DNA of 64,000 nt from NCBI RefSeq assembly GCF_009914755.1, contig NC_060934.1; one strand, written 5' to 3'. Positions 1-14,434 of the stretch are shown piece by piece. The stretch's first letter is position 1, and each line of letters starts with the position of its first letter. This stretch comes from the human T2T-CHM13v2.0 reference genome, Homo sapiens. Made by a program: the position numbers and the translations under genes. The notes beneath the pieces were generated by a model that saw only the letters and a program-made list of their open reading frames with translations, was not told where the DNA came from and did no database searches.

Positions 1-114
1 CGCCTGTCTCACTTATTCTTCTCCACTGGAAATCTGGCATGTCCTTGACTCTCAGCATGTCCAAAGCCAGTCTGTGAAGTGGGGTGACCTCAGGTGGGGT
101 GTCCAAAGTGGGTA

Positions 115-320
115 TAGCCTGAGCTCAGATCCCAGCTCTCCTTCTCCCTCCCTGTGTGACCCTGGACAAGTAATTGCCCTCTGTGCCTTCAGTGTCCTCC
201 TCTGCAAACTGAGAACCATAATAGTACCTGCTTTGAGGATTGCCCAGTGAGGATTAATTGAGGAAATTTACACAAAGCAATCTGTGTGGTGCCCAACACA
301 GATCCGGTGCTCAGTCAATA
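115..320 (+). mobile_element. MIR SINE
   Basis: Core motif tgtgtgaccctggacaagtaattgccctctgtgccttcagtgtcctcctctgcaaact ... gtgaggattaattgag. Confidence 0.8.
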
Positions 321-839
321 CCAGTGCTTTTTAACTTTAGCTGGTTCTTCCTTCCGCTGCTCCCACCTTGGTTGGTTTGTACTTTCACCAACCCAGGACA
401 GGATGCTGAGAATTACTCCTGCTCCTCTCTTTGCATCTTCCACACATTCAGTCCTGTCAATTTGACCTCCCCAATATCTCTGGAGTCTGCGCTCTCCTCT
501 CACCCAGGGTGCCTCTGCTCTGGTTTGGTTTGGTGTCACCTCTGGTCTGCACACTTGTGTCCCCTAGCCAGGTTCCCAGGCTGCAGGCTCCTCGAACTTA
601 AATCCAGTTTCATTGCTGCCTTTGAAATGCACATGGTGTCACTCCACTCTTAAGGTGCACATCCAAGCTTCATGACCTGGCATTCACTGTGGGTGGCTGA
701 AAGGATAGCCATGGGTCTAGGGTGAAATTTTAGGAAGTAAAGCTGGATGTGTGCTTTTTCTCTCACCGTCCTGTGTCTGCCAGACCTCACATTTAGCAGC
801 CAGTGGACCCTTCACTCCCACCTATCATACACATTTTCT

Positions 840-1360
840 CCCCTCCATGCCTTTGCCCAAGCTGTACTCTCTGCCTGGAAATCCCCTTCCCCACAATTCC
901 AACTCTGCTTTCTGTCTTGAGCTCACCTATCCAGACCCTCCAGCCTCCCTTTATATTCAGTTGTTACCTCTCTCTCATGATCTGCTTAGAGCACCCTGCA
1001 TATATTGCCTTGATTTTGCACTTAACCTCATTTGTCATATTTCTCTGTTTACATACCACCCAGACCAATGCTTCTCAAGCTTTATCAGGCACATGAACCA
1101 CTTGGGGCTCTTTTCCAAATGCAGATTCAGCTGGTCTGGGCTGGTGTCTCTGTATTTTTAACAAGCTCCCTGGTGATGCTAATGGTGCTGGTTCAGGACT
1201 ATATTTTAAATAACAAATACTTGGATAGTGAGTCCCTAGAGGGCAATGACTTGTGTTCAGTTCATCTTGGTATCCCTGGTACCTAGCTAACAGCTTGACA
1301 AATGGAAAATCAATTAAATGCCTACTGAAGTAAACGAATGAATGAATGAATGAACGAAAG
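840..1360 (+). mobile_element. L2 3' fragment interrupted by MER5
   Basis: catgcctttgcccaagctgtactctctgcctggaa; L2 3' end with (gaat)n tail at ~1336-1356. Confidence 0.7.
1066..1218. mobile_element. MER5-family hAT-Charlie DNA transposon
   Basis: caatgcttctcaagcttt...aaatgcagattc...tgtatttttaacaagctccctggtgatgctaatg matches recalled MER5A/B consensus. Confidence 0.75.
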
Positions 1361-1379
1361 GCATCTCATCCAGATGAGA

Positions 1380-2200
1380 GTGTTGGAAAGTCTTTTGGAG
1401 TTGTTGACACCTGAGTTGCATTGTTAGGGAGGTATAGGAGGGAGCCAGGTAGAGAAGGCAGTGGCGGGTTGAGATACTCCAGGTGAAGGTCAGTGCTAAG
1501 GCATAGGGATGTACAGAAGTGCAGGTGCAGGATAGTGTAGGAATGGAAGACTTGAAGTTCAAGGTGTTGGGGAAAGAGACCAGGTCGCCAATAGCCAGCC
1601 CTGGATTCCGTGCTAGCTTGTTTGATCCTAGAGCCTTTGGAGAATGGCATAATTCCAACCGTGGGCCACTCCTGCAGCAAGCTAGGAAGAAATTCCAGGG
1701 AGGAGATGTAAGACTGGGTAGTCACCTAGGGGACTTCTCAGTCAATGGTGTGGAGATCAGCCCATGGCGGTGAGGATGGAGTCAGGGAACAGATTAAAGA
1801 GAAACTGAGGAGGAAGTATAGACAGAACTTGATGAGTGAGTGGAAAAGAGGGTGAAGGAAGGCCTCCCCCTTTTACTGGGAGGCACCTGGGTGAGTGGTG
1901 GCACTGTAGACCGAGACTGGAGTTCAGGAGGAGGAGGAGCTGGTCTAATGGGAAGGCTGAGAAGTTTAATTTCAAAGCTGGCAGGATGTTAAGAGCCTGT
2001 GGGACGTCCAGAGCATAGGCACCAGGAGCTCCTGAGAGAGTCCAGGGCTGGAGATGACAGTATGGAGGCATCGGCTGACAGATGCTCACTGAAGTTTTGG
2101 GAAAGAATGAGATCATCCGGGAAAATCTTAGAAATAAGAAGAGAAGAAGGGAGAGGGGGGACTCTGGAGGGAAACCATTCATTTAAAGAGCAAGAATTAA
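1380..2200 (-). mobile_element. Degenerate L2 fragments
   Basis: Purine-rich L2-antisense motifs (ttccaggtgaagg...caaggc, gacatccagagc, gagagtccagggctggagat). Confidence 0.55.
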
Positions 2201-2502
2201 TGACAACCTGTTAGAAGATAAAATGGGAATAGAACACATTTATAACAGCAACAAAAAAGATAAAAAACCTGGGAATCAACATAACAAGAAATGTGCAAAA
2301 TCTAACTGGAGAAAGCATTAAAATGCTTCCAAGGGACAAAAAAACATTTGAATAATGCTCTTGGATGGAAAACTAACATCATAAAATTGTCTATTCTCCC
2401 TCAGATAATTTAGAATTTAATAAGGTTTTCAATAAAAATGAAGCCTTTGTTGTTGTTGTTTAGACAAACTGATTATAACACTCATATGGAAAAATAAATA
2501 AG

Positions 2503-2971
2503 TGTTGAGAGGCCTCTGCACGAGCAGAAGTAATGACTACCTCTGTTCCAGACTATCTTTGTAAAGACAGACTAGTGAACATGTTTGGAAGATAGAGATA
2601 GTGTTTTCCTCTGGAGCAAAGAGCAATTTGTTTACTGTCCAGTATAACAAAGATAATGTCCCCTTCTAGGGCAAAAATCAGGCAAGCTTACTGCCCATTG
2701 TAAAAGATTTAGGCTCTCTAAACTGAAAGTTTTTCTCCTGTAACACAACTCACTGCTTGTGCAGGTATCACCTGTCATACTGTGGCACTTGGGGCTTGTG
2801 TAACCATCACAAATGCTGACACTCTGGCTACTGCTATTGCCACGAATAATAAAGTCCTTTGTCTCTGACTCAGAAGTCTTGTGTCTTCTGCCAGCACAGA
2901 AACAGGACAGGCTAACTTGCTGGTTTGCAGGCAGAGTAAAAACCCTCTTAGACCCTTCACAGTTCTTGACA
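2503..2971 (+). mobile_element. Solo LTR, LTR40-like (ERVL)
   Basis: TG...CA termini; aataaagtcctttgtctctgactcagaagtc; ends gacccttcacagttcttgaca; 5-bp TSD ataag/agaag. Confidence 0.8.
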
Positions 2972-3347
2972 AGAAGAATAACTAGCAAATATCTGAAAGC
3001 AGAATAGTAAGGAGTAGGGGCTACCTTGCCCTGTCGGGTATTAAACCATACTATAAAACTATATTATATAAAACAATGTAGTACTAGACAACACAGCAGA
3101 ACAAAATCAAATTCCAGAAATTACACATATGCATTATTCAATAAATGGAGTTGAAGCAACTGGAGAACCATCTAGAAAAAAGTGTTGGATCCATATCTCA
3201 TACTTTATACTAGAATAAACTCCATATGAAACAAAAATGTAACTGTAACAAAATGATAATATAATAAATGTACCAGAAATGTGAGAATTTTAAAACTCTT
3301 AGAATGGAAGAACTTTCTAAGTATGACACATGACCCAGAAGCCATAA

Positions 3348-3672
<325 letters not shown>

Positions 3673-4989
3673 AATTTTAACTTTTAAAACGAAACTTCTG
3701 CGTAGCAAAACCCCAACATACACAAAGCTAAAAGACTTTGAAAAGATTTGTAACTTATATTACTGACAAAAAGCATATTTCCTCATAACATAAAAAGTGT
3801 CCACAAATCACTATAAAACAGATCAATAACCCAAAAGATAGATGGACAAGATATAAACAGTTATCAAAACCTAGGAGAATATGCCACTTTACTCATAATA
3901 AGAGAAATACAATTAAAATTTCACTGAGACATCATTTTCATCTCTCAGTTTGCTTAAGATCAAAACAGTGGATAACACACTGTGTGGATGGGAAAACAGA
4001 CACTCATTGCTGATTGAAGTGAAAATTTGGGGGTACAACTCAATGGGGGGATATCTGGAATATCTACGGATGTTACAAATGCTTCTGACCCCACAATTCC
4101 ACTTGTAAGAATATATGCTATGGAGAGATTCCCATACATGAAAAATGATGCATGTAAGATGAGTTGTTACATTGTTTGTAATGGCAAACACTGAAAGCAG
4201 CCCAAATAGGCATCAAAAGAGAGATGTTAAGACAAATCAGGTGCATGCATATATGAGTATTCCTGTGATGTACAGATATGGAAAGATTTTCAAGATAGGT
4301 TGTTGTGAAGAAAGCAAGACATACTTCAGTGTGCATAGAATACTGCCATTCTTGTGAAAAAGTAAAGGGGTGTGTGTGGAAGAATTTGTAGACATATGTG
4401 TGCATACATGCACACTTCTACTTAATATGTCTGTGGAGGAATATATAAGAAACTGATAATGTTGGTTGTCTCTGGGGAGAGGAACCTCACCATTGGGAGG
4501 CAGGGATGAGAAGGGAAACTTCTTGTTACACACATTTTTATACCTTTGGAAATCGAGAATACACTACCTCTATAGGGCTTCCCCACAAAAATAACAAAGA
4601 GAGTGAGCAGAAGATAGGGAGCCCATGACAGAGACTAAGCCTGTGCAGGTGGAGTCTCAGAGAGAAAGCGGAAGAGAGCTGCACTGGAGGAGCCCACCAA
4701 GGAAAACATCTCAAGAAGGAGGTAGGATCCTGGCCTGAATGCTGCAAAGACATTAAGAATTTAGATGAGGATTTGGAGACGTGCAGTCGATGTGTTCATC
4801 GGGTCCATGGTGACCTCGGTGAGAGTGCGTTCAATTCAATTGAGTATGTGACTGTGTAAGCCCGAATGCGATGTTTAGGAGAGAACGAAATGTGCAGAAT
4901 TGGATATGGTAAACACTTTCAGAAAGCTTGGTCATGAAAGGAAGATGAGAAGGTGGAAGCTGATGGGAGACAGGGCAGCTTGTGGGTGT

Positions 4990-5220
4990 CTCTTTCTTCT
5001 CCTCCTCCTCCTCTTTTTCCTACTTCTACTCCCTCTCTTCCTTCTTCTCCTCCTCTGCCTCCTCTTTCTTCTCCTTTTCCTCCTTCTCTTTCTCCTTCTC
5101 CTCTTCTCTTGCTCCTTTCCTTCTGATTTTTCCCTTCTTTTCTTTTTCCTCCTCCTTTTCCTCCTTTCCCCTCTCCTCCTTCTTTGTCCCCATCTTCTTT
5201 CCCTTCCTCGCCTCCTCCTC
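4990..5220. repeat. CT-rich (CTT/CTC)n low-complexity tract
   Basis: Pyrimidine-only degenerate triplets. Confidence 0.9.
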
Positions 5221-5249
5221 ATTATAATTATTATTATTTAAAAGAGGCA

Positions 5250-5581
<332 letters not shown>

Positions 5582-5624
5582 CTAGTAAAGAAGAATCCCT
5601 GCAAGTTACAGGAGTCAGAGGGGA

Positions 5625-6176
5625 CTGTCTGGTTATCTGTTGCTGTGTAACGAATCACCTCAAAACTTAGAAGCATAAAACTGCCACTGTTTTATTATGC
5701 TTGCAATTCTTTGTGTCTGGAATTCTGACAGGGCACAGCAGGGACACTTTGTCTCTGCTCTACAATGTACAGGCCTCCGTTGGGATGCCTTTGACACAGA
5801 GGGTGGCTGGCACTGTGTGAGAGCCTCCACTTTTCTCTGCATGTAAGATGGCTTCTTCATGTCTGGCACCTGGGCTGGGATGGCTGGAACAGCTGGGGTC
5901 TGGCCAGCATCACTCATTTTCCATGTGAGTTCTCTACATGGCTGGCTCAAGCTTCTTGACAGCATACTGAGGGTCCCTGGGTCCCAGGACCCCAAGTGCA
6001 AAGTCCAAGGTTCTTATGACCTAGTCTTGGAAGTCATGCAGAGTTACTTCTATTGCATTCTCTTAGTTACATATGGCCAGGCCAAAGTCAGTGTGGTGGG
6101 GGCTATATAAGGATCTGAATACCAGGAGGCATGGTTCATTGGCAGCAGGGGGCATCTTTGAATCCTGGCTACCATA
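5625..6176 (-). mobile_element. MLT1 (MaLR) LTR, H/J-like
   Basis: gttatctgttgctgtgtaacgaatcacctcaaaacttag ... ctggctaccata. Confidence 0.75.
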
Positions 6177-6202
6177 GGGATCATCAAGAAAGTGAGCTTT
6201 TT

Positions 6203-6619
<417 letters not shown>

Positions 6620-6779
6620 TTAGTACCACAAATCTGTGTCAACTCAAACTCATTAGAGCATCAATGATTCACCATCAAAGTCAAGAGGTGGCCAGCTAGA
6701 GCTTTTCCAATGAAAGGGGTGCCCCCTCCTGCCCAAAGCTATTCTCATCTCAATGCTCTGGATCCTAATCCTGTTGGAT

Positions 6780-7047
6780 TTCTCCCTTCCTTCCTTCCTT
6801 TCTTCCTCCCTTCCTCCCTCCCTCCCTCTGTCCCTCCCTTCCTTCCTCTCTCTCTTTTCTTTCTTTCTTTTTTTTCTTTCTTTCTTCCTTTCTTTCTCTC
6901 TTCTTTCTCTCTCTCTTTCTTTCTCTTTCTTTCTTTCCTTTCTTTATTTCTCTTTGTTTCTTCCTTCCTTTCTTCTTTCTCTCTCGCTCTTTCTCTCTTT
7001 CTTTCTTTCTCTTTCCTTCCTTCCTTCCTTCCTTCCTTCCTTCCTTC

Positions 7048-7078
<31 letters not shown>

Positions 7079-7098
7079 TTCTTTCTTTCTTTCCCTCT

Positions 7099-7166
<68 letters not shown>

Positions 7167-7168
7167 TC
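6780..7168. repeat. Compound (CCTT)n/(CTTT)n microsatellite, ~390 bp
   Basis: Read directly; pure CTTT run at ~7100-7168. Confidence 0.95.
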
Positions 7169-8409
7169 AAATAAATCACCCATTCTGTGGTATTCTGTTA
7201 AGTGGCCAAGCAGCATGGCTCAGGCAGTCAGGACAGATTGAAAGAGGAGGGTTGGAGAAATCTAGCACAATTCTATTTTCCTAGATGAACTTCTGAGAAG
7301 TCACCTTGGCAGCATCCAACCCAGCTCAACTTGCATTCGAAGTAGGCTGTGCCGGCCTCCAGAACAAACTTCAGCTATCTGATTACCTGGAGAGGGGATG
7401 CTCTGATGGCCAGAGCTTCTGGCTTTCCATCAGACCCACACAGAATGTTCACTGGTTGTGGGAGGGCAGAATCCCTGCCCTCAAATCTCTCATCCATCTA
7501 AAGAACATGCTTGGAGGGAAATTAAGCAGAAGTAGGGCATTTGCGTGTGTATGCGTCAGAGTTGAGGTGAGTTGGCGGGTGGGGGAGAGGAACAAGTGAC
7601 CCCCTCCCTTAACTTCCCGGAGGGAGGGGAACTATTGGCAATGGCCAGAAACAGGATAGAATTGTCCAAAGGACATGACCTCAGCTACAGGAATCTGAAA
7701 ACACAAGTCACAGTTCTTATGTAAAAATGGCAAATTTCTTACCAGGAAGGAAAATTAAAAACAAAAAAGAGCTATGAGCACTTTAGCATGCTTTTCTGGG
7801 GATGACCCCTCTGTGGTGGGTCTCAGATGAAGCCTGCCATGACCATATCTGACAGGCTGGTGCCTCCCTAGACACTTCCCTCGCCTTCTATCCTGAGTGT
7901 AATCCCAGCGCGCTCCAGAGGTTTGGCCTTTCTGAGAAGTGAGGGCATGACTCAGTCAAGGTTCTATTGTTGTAAGTAATGGAAACTGACTTGAGTTAAC
8001 TTCAGCAGGGAAGGAAATTCACTGGAAAGAATCTGGTTTATCTCACACAAGACAAGGGCTGCTGGGCCTCCTGAGGCATGGGACCCAGGAGTCAACATTT
8101 GCCAAAGTGTGTTCCATGGTTTGCTACTCCTAGCAGATGCCTGAGAAAATAAAACGCTCTGTGATCCAATGAGTTCGGGAAATGCTACTTATCTTTTTTC
8201 TCTTAATATGCACGCTGGCATATTAAAGGCTCTGATAAGTCTTGCAGCAAGAAAGCTCATTTAAGTAGACAAGCACTTCCCTAAAATATTTGTGGAATAA
8301 GGTATACTTGTTGAGAAGGTGATTAAAGAGGAAGAGTTTCCCACCCTGGCTCTCACCCTGTTGTGATGGGGAGCTGACTTTACTGTGAAGAATATATACT
8401 AGACAGGCT

Positions 8410-8632
8410 ATATGTCTAATGGTTAGGGGCATGGACCACCTGCTTTTGAATCCTGATTTCACCACATGCTAGCTGAATGATCTAGGCAACTTATTTAGTA
8501 TCTCTAGGTCTCAATTTACTATCTATAAATCAGAGGAATAATAATAATATCTCTTGAGGTTGTAGTAAGGATTAAATGAGCTAATCAAACTGTTTGGTTC
8601 ACAGTAAGTACGAAAGTATTGAGCTATTATTA
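8410..8632 (+). mobile_element. MIR SINE
   Basis: tgaatcctgatttcaccacatgctagctgaatgatctaggcaacttattt ... aggattaaatgag ... gctattatta. Confidence 0.8.
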
Positions 8633-8689
8633 CGGATTGAATACACACACTCTTTGCTATGAAATTCACAGCACTGGGGGTAGCTCCTG

Positions 8690-9540
8690 TTTAACAATCA
8701 CTTGTTGGTGTCTACTCCTAATGGACTGGGGACACAGAGATGAGTCTGGTGGTATGTCCCAGCCTTCATGGGGCTCCCAATTCTGTGGGGTAGAACAAGC
8801 ATATTAGAGATTATTACAAAGAGGGATGGTAAGAACAGAGTACTATGACAGCCCACAGGAGGAGCACCTAGCCCAGACTGAGGGGCAGGGGCGATAGCGG
8901 CATGGGAAGGGTGTTGCAGGCTAACGGCATGAAGGTGCCAGCCAGCTTTGGGCATCCCAGGCAGTCTGGTGTGGCCAGGGAATGAGGTGAGAAGTGATGG
9001 TGTTGAAGATGTTGGTAGAGACTGTCACAGGGAAGGCCTTGAACACCAGACCAAAGAGTTGGGGTGTTATTCTATGGGGGCTAGGGAGCTAGCAGAATAT
9101 TTCTGTCAAGTGAGTGTCATGACAAGTGTGCATTTAGGAAGCTCCCTCTGGAAGTGATAGGACTCACTGGTTGGAGAAACCAAGCCTGGAAGCCAAGAGA
9201 TTAGGGAGAGCTGGTTACAGAAATCAAACTGGGAGATGGGGAAAGACTTGGCTTGGGTGACTTGATGCTGCTGCTAATTGAATTGATGATTGGTACTGAT
9301 TTAGATGAAAGTCCTGAGCTTGAATCATGTTGACTTGGAGGACCCTGTGGGCAATACAAGTCTCAATATTCAACAGGCAGTTGAATATGTGGGCCTGAAG
9401 AGATAGATCTGGGAGCCGAGGGTATTTCAATGGTAATTGAGTTCATAAGAGTGGATGGGATTGTTCGGAGAGGGTCAAGATCAAGGCAACCCTGGGTAGC
9501 TTGACCCTTCAGGGGAGCAGGGAAGCAAATTCTGCTAAAG
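8690..9540 (-). mobile_element. L2 LINE fragment
   Basis: gggacacagagatgag, ccttgaacaccagaccaaagagttggg, caacaggcagttgaatatgtgggcctg. Confidence 0.75.
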
Positions 9541-10749
9541 AGGTTCTGCAGACACCTAGCAGTCCATATTTCTTACAGATTCAAATTCTCAGAGGAACTG
9601 GTTTCTCTCCTCAAGAGAAACCTCCCCTCTCCTCAAATCCTGTCTGTCTGTCTTGAACCCAGGCTATTATGATTAGGCCCTAGTATGACATAATGGCTTC
9701 AGGGCCAAGAGAGGATATCCAAGGGGCCCTGCTCTTCACTGTTACCTTGTCATTGCTACACTTTGCCACACCCTGTACCAGTTTCCATCTCTACAACAGG
9801 GAGAACTGGATTTTGTCAGCTGCTTCCTCCCAAAAGTTGTTACTACAGACACAAGAAGGATGGAGTCAGCAGAGTGACAGCTGAGGAAGTGATGCAGGTT
9901 GTCCTCATTTCTGGGGACTTATCCAAACCCTTCTGCACCTTTGGGTACCTGCACCCGCAGCCACTACTTGGTTGCGGTGAGTGCTAGACTAGCCTGATGA
10001 GAGAGGAAGCAAGGAGATTTTAATGCATAGGGTTTAGTGAACACATCCAGGCACTCTGTTCCTTCCTTCTACTGTTCAACCTGTAGAATAACAGGCACAC
10101 AGGTGAAATTGTCTTACCTTCATAGGGGTTCACGAGGGTTGGAGCTGACAAACCAGTTTAAATGATAATCAATTGAGCTAATAATGCCCATGTCTTTCCA
10201 AAGGGAGAACTAGTACCAATCGGGAGTAGTAGAGGGAGTTACAGGGGAATAGAAAGTCCCTCTTGATGCTAAGCATCTTTAGAAGTGATGCCTGGAACAG
10301 AATAGGCTCTTGGGCCTGGATTATTGGGTGACAACTCAATGCTTCCACACTCTCCTCTCTGCACAAAGGGCTAGAAGCCTGAGAACTACATTTCCAGGAA
10401 TCTATGAAACATAGGTTCCAGGTTAGAATCTTTCCATGAGAAGCAGATGCATGAGATTCAGAAGTCAGAAAAGAAGACGAAGCCATATGGGAGGTGGCTC
10501 CTGCCAGCCCTGGAGTTACTCACCTTCAGCTGTGGTGAGTAGAGTGGTGGGCTTTGGCAGATGGCAGATTTTAAAACAACCTCAAAATTTTCCTGAAGCA
10601 ACAGTGTTGGGGGCATCTGTGATCCTTGCAGGAGCTGCTGCAGATCCTGCAACTTTTTTACTTTCTGAAAATTTATAGAGAACCTTTATTATATAAATAT
10701 CCAATGACCTTCCTTTTTCCAGCTATTCCAAAATTTCTGTTAAGTGCTG

Positions 10750-10978
10750 TATAACATTTGCTGTATACCAAATCACCCAAAACCTAGTTGCTTAAAGCAA
10801 CAATTATATATTTAGTTCACAATGCTGTGGATCAGAATTTGTGCTAGGCACAGCTGAGTGGTTCTTCTGGTCTTGGTTGGACTCACTAATGCATTTTACA
10901 AGAACAGGCCGAATTCAAATTTATATCACATGGATACAGGGAAGAGAATCATCAGGGCCAATTTTACAGTCTACCACA
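10750..10978 (-). mobile_element. Internally deleted MLT1 LTR
   Basis: caaatcacccaaaacctagttgcttaaagcaac ... jumps to the terminus ggccaattttacagtctaccaca. Confidence 0.65.
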
Positions 10979-11139
10979 GCATCTATTTCTTGTATTAAAT
11001 AACCTTCCTGCTTCAAAGACCCAGAGAGTTTTTATTTCCCTGAGCAAACCTTGAAGATGTAACATCACTCTGTATTTCTGGTCTTGGTTGGGCTCACTAA
11101 TGCACAAAGGCTCACTAAAGAGGCAGGTATTGAGACTTG

Positions 11140-11320
11140 GATTAAGTAGTGGGCTGAGGGTTAAGGATTTGGGTTTAAGTCCTGGACTGTGCCACTTCTT
11201 GCAAGTCAACCTTGGGCCAGTTTCTTCAGAGTCTTGAACCCTTCTCTCTCAAATGGACATGGTTAAACTTATGTGCAGCCATCAAGTAAAACAATGGTTG
11301 TAAAGTAAGTTTGAATAGAT
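11140..11320 (+). mobile_element. MIR fragment
   Basis: tgggtttaagtcctggactgtgccacttcttgcaagtcaaccttgggccagt. Confidence 0.6.
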
Positions 11321-12499
11321 TAATGATCATATCCTACATTTGAATAACACCACGCTGTGAAACCTTCCCACCTGGGGACTGCTGGATCAGGGGCCAGAGG
11401 GCAGGGGCTGCTCTGGTGGGATAGAAGTCAGAAAGATGTTGGTCACTTGCTTTTCTCCCCTCTTGGATTCCTTGGTGTATTTTGGGGCTTAGAAGTAAAG
11501 AATGAATGGCCAGCCAAATCTTCCATTTGCAGCCTCTGTGTTGGAATTAAGCCAGAGTTTGGAAAAGCCCTAGAACTGCTGGAGCCAGGACAAACTCCAG
11601 GGCTGGCAGGAGCCACCTCCCATCCACTGCTCCCATCTGCCCTCTTGGCTGCTGGTGCAGTGAGGCCCTGCTTGTCCTGGCCCATCCTCTCCCCAGGCCT
11701 CATGTGCTCAGCTGCTTGAAAGACCACTCCTCAGCTCCTTATTAGTCCCAACTCAAGCTGGACATGATTCACAGGGATAATGAGCTCGTAAATAAATTCC
11801 TGCTGCATCAGCTCATGGAGCTGAAGGTTAGGCTAGGGATGTGGGCCAGGGCAGGCAGAGGGAACCAGGCCCAGAGATTCAAATGTCCCCTGTGTTTTCT
11901 CCAGGGGATATATAAGGAGGGTGATGAAAACTTAAGAGATCCTGTGAATCCATCACTGGAATGTTGCACAGTGGCCTGGTTATGCTCTCAGTGCAGAGAT
12001 CCTGGATCCATAATCCCATACTCTACTCTGCTTTCAGAATCCAGTTCTGCTAGAGATAGATTTTTTGGAGGCCAATGGCCAGTGGCTGTGTGTTCAGCAG
12101 AGCAGAACCAGGGCAGCAAGCTCTGTGAAGAGCTGAGCTGGCTGCTGAGGAATAGGGGATGTGTTCACATTTGTTGGGGTTTACCAGTAGAGAGAGGTCA
12201 CAGGGAAATAATAAAAAAAAAAGTTCAGCACAATCCCAAAATAAAATGAGAGGTCCTAGAAAGACATGCACTTCCTATTAGTGGAAATGTGCAAGAAGAG
12301 GCAGGAAACTCCTTATAAGCATCAATGTGGGAGAGTGTGAGACAGTAGCTGAGGGTTGATGAAATGCCTTTTGAGGCCCCTTTAAGCTCCCTGTGTCTAC
12401 AAGCTGTGTGGAAGGCAATCTGCCTTGGTGTTTGGCTATGCCTGCTTCTGCTTAAAACCTACCAGTGGCTTTTCATCACACTTAGAATAAAATCACGAA

Positions 12500-12824
<325 letters not shown>

Positions 12825-12919
12825 TCAGTAGTCACTTCTGTATTATTTCAGACTATTCTCCCCATTGTTCACTGTGCTCAATGCCACCTACCTTTTTCTC
12901 ACCCTTAAACTTGGCCTCT

Positions 12920-13710
12920 AGTTGGGATAGACTGGGCTGTGCTGCAGTAACATAACAAACCCTGGAATCTCAGTGGATCAGCTCCTTATGTGTTTGATTC
13001 TTCTTTATGGACTATTCATATGGGCTGGCAGGTCTGTTCTCTGCCTAGTGACTCAGGAATCCAGGTTCCCTCCATTTTATGATGCTGCTGCCCCAAAGCG
13101 TGGCATCCAATGTGGCCCTGGTGGGAAATTTATTTGGCCCAGCATTGACACTTGTCGCTTATGCTCACAGTCTGTTGGCTAGAACTAGTCACACAGCCCA
13201 AGCACAAATGTAGGGGAGGCTGGGCATTGGAGGGGAGCACATGGATATTGGGTGGGCACTCATGGTCTGGGCATGTATCTGTCAGGGTTCCAAATTGCAA
13301 GCAATGGAGAGTGACTTCAGGTGTTTCAAGCAGAAAATAAATTTACTAAAACAATATTATGGAGTTTACTGAATCTCCTAAAAAGCCAGAAAACTAAGAT
13401 TAAAGGTGATGTAGCTAGAAATAGCATCCCCAATCATGCTGTAGAGCAGCTCTGAGATGTTGCTCCTGGGCGCAGACACCATGGCCATCCCTGCCAACAG
13501 TGCTGGCACTGAACATGAAGTCTGCCACATAGCCATAGCCATAGCTGCCCCAGAGACTGGATATGGTTACTGCATTAAGGACACCCTTGTCAGCCTGCAG
13601 CCTGTACAGCCCCAGCTCCTTTGTGTCACTCACTTCTGACTCAAGGTCTAGGATCAGCATGTCTGATTGAGGAGCCTAAATGAGCCATGTGCTAGCTGCA
13701 AGGCAGGCTG
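12920..13710 (-). mobile_element. Two adjacent old MLT1 LTR remnants
   Basis: gggatagactgggctgtgctgcagtaac... and gtcagggttccaaattgcaagcaatggag...cagaaaataaatttact. Confidence 0.55.
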
Positions 13711-13712
13711 AC

Positions 13713-14093
13713 TGTATTAGTCTGTTCTCAGACTGCTAATAAAGACATACCCAAGACTGGGTAATTATAAAAGAAAAAGAGGTTCCTTTTCTTTTTAGAA
13801 GAACACTGGACTCATAGTCTCACGTGGCTGGGGAGGCCTCACAATCATGGAAGGCAAAGAAAGAGCAAAGATACATCTTAGATGGCAGCTGGCAAGAGAG
13901 CTTGTGCAGGGGAGCTCCCATTTATAAAACCATCAGATCCCATGAGACTTATTAACTATCACGAGAACAGCATGGGAAAGACCTGCCCCCATGATTCAAT
14001 TACCTCCCCACGGGTCCCTCCCATGATACAAGGGGATTATGGGAGCTACAATTCAAGATGAGATTTGGGTGGGGACACAGCCAAACCATATCA
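13713..14093 (-). mobile_element. THE1B/C solo LTR
   Basis: tgtattagtctgttctc ... gagatttgggtggggacacagccaaaccatatca; perfect 5-bp TSD ctgac. Confidence 0.95.
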
Positions 14094-14434
14094 CTGACAA
14101 AACAAATATCTGGCATTTTACCTCCTATGGAAGGCCCTGGTTTTCAAGGGGAGCCTCAACTGAGAGTGATGAATATTCACTGCATTATCTCAGGGCCTTT
14201 GCACTTGCTGCCTCCTCTGTCTACAGGTATTTCCCCAGATGTTCTCAAAGCTGGCTCTTTCTCTGCTCAAACGCCAGCTCTGACAAGCAAATCTAATGCA
14301 GTCCCCGTGAGGCAATCACATCCACCTGACTTGTTTTCTTCGCAGCACCTGTCCCTACCTTGTCCATTCATTTGTTTACTGATTTAATTTCTGTCTACCT
14401 GTAAGAGGTAACAAGCACAGGCCATCGTAGGAGA

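Noticed and set aside
4900-5241. Leu/Phe-rich and Arg/Lys-rich ORFs
   Set aside because: They are translations of a CT-rich low-complexity tract
6710-7241. ORFs of 90-162 aa on both strands
   Set aside because: They are translations of the (CTTT)n/(CCTT)n microsatellite
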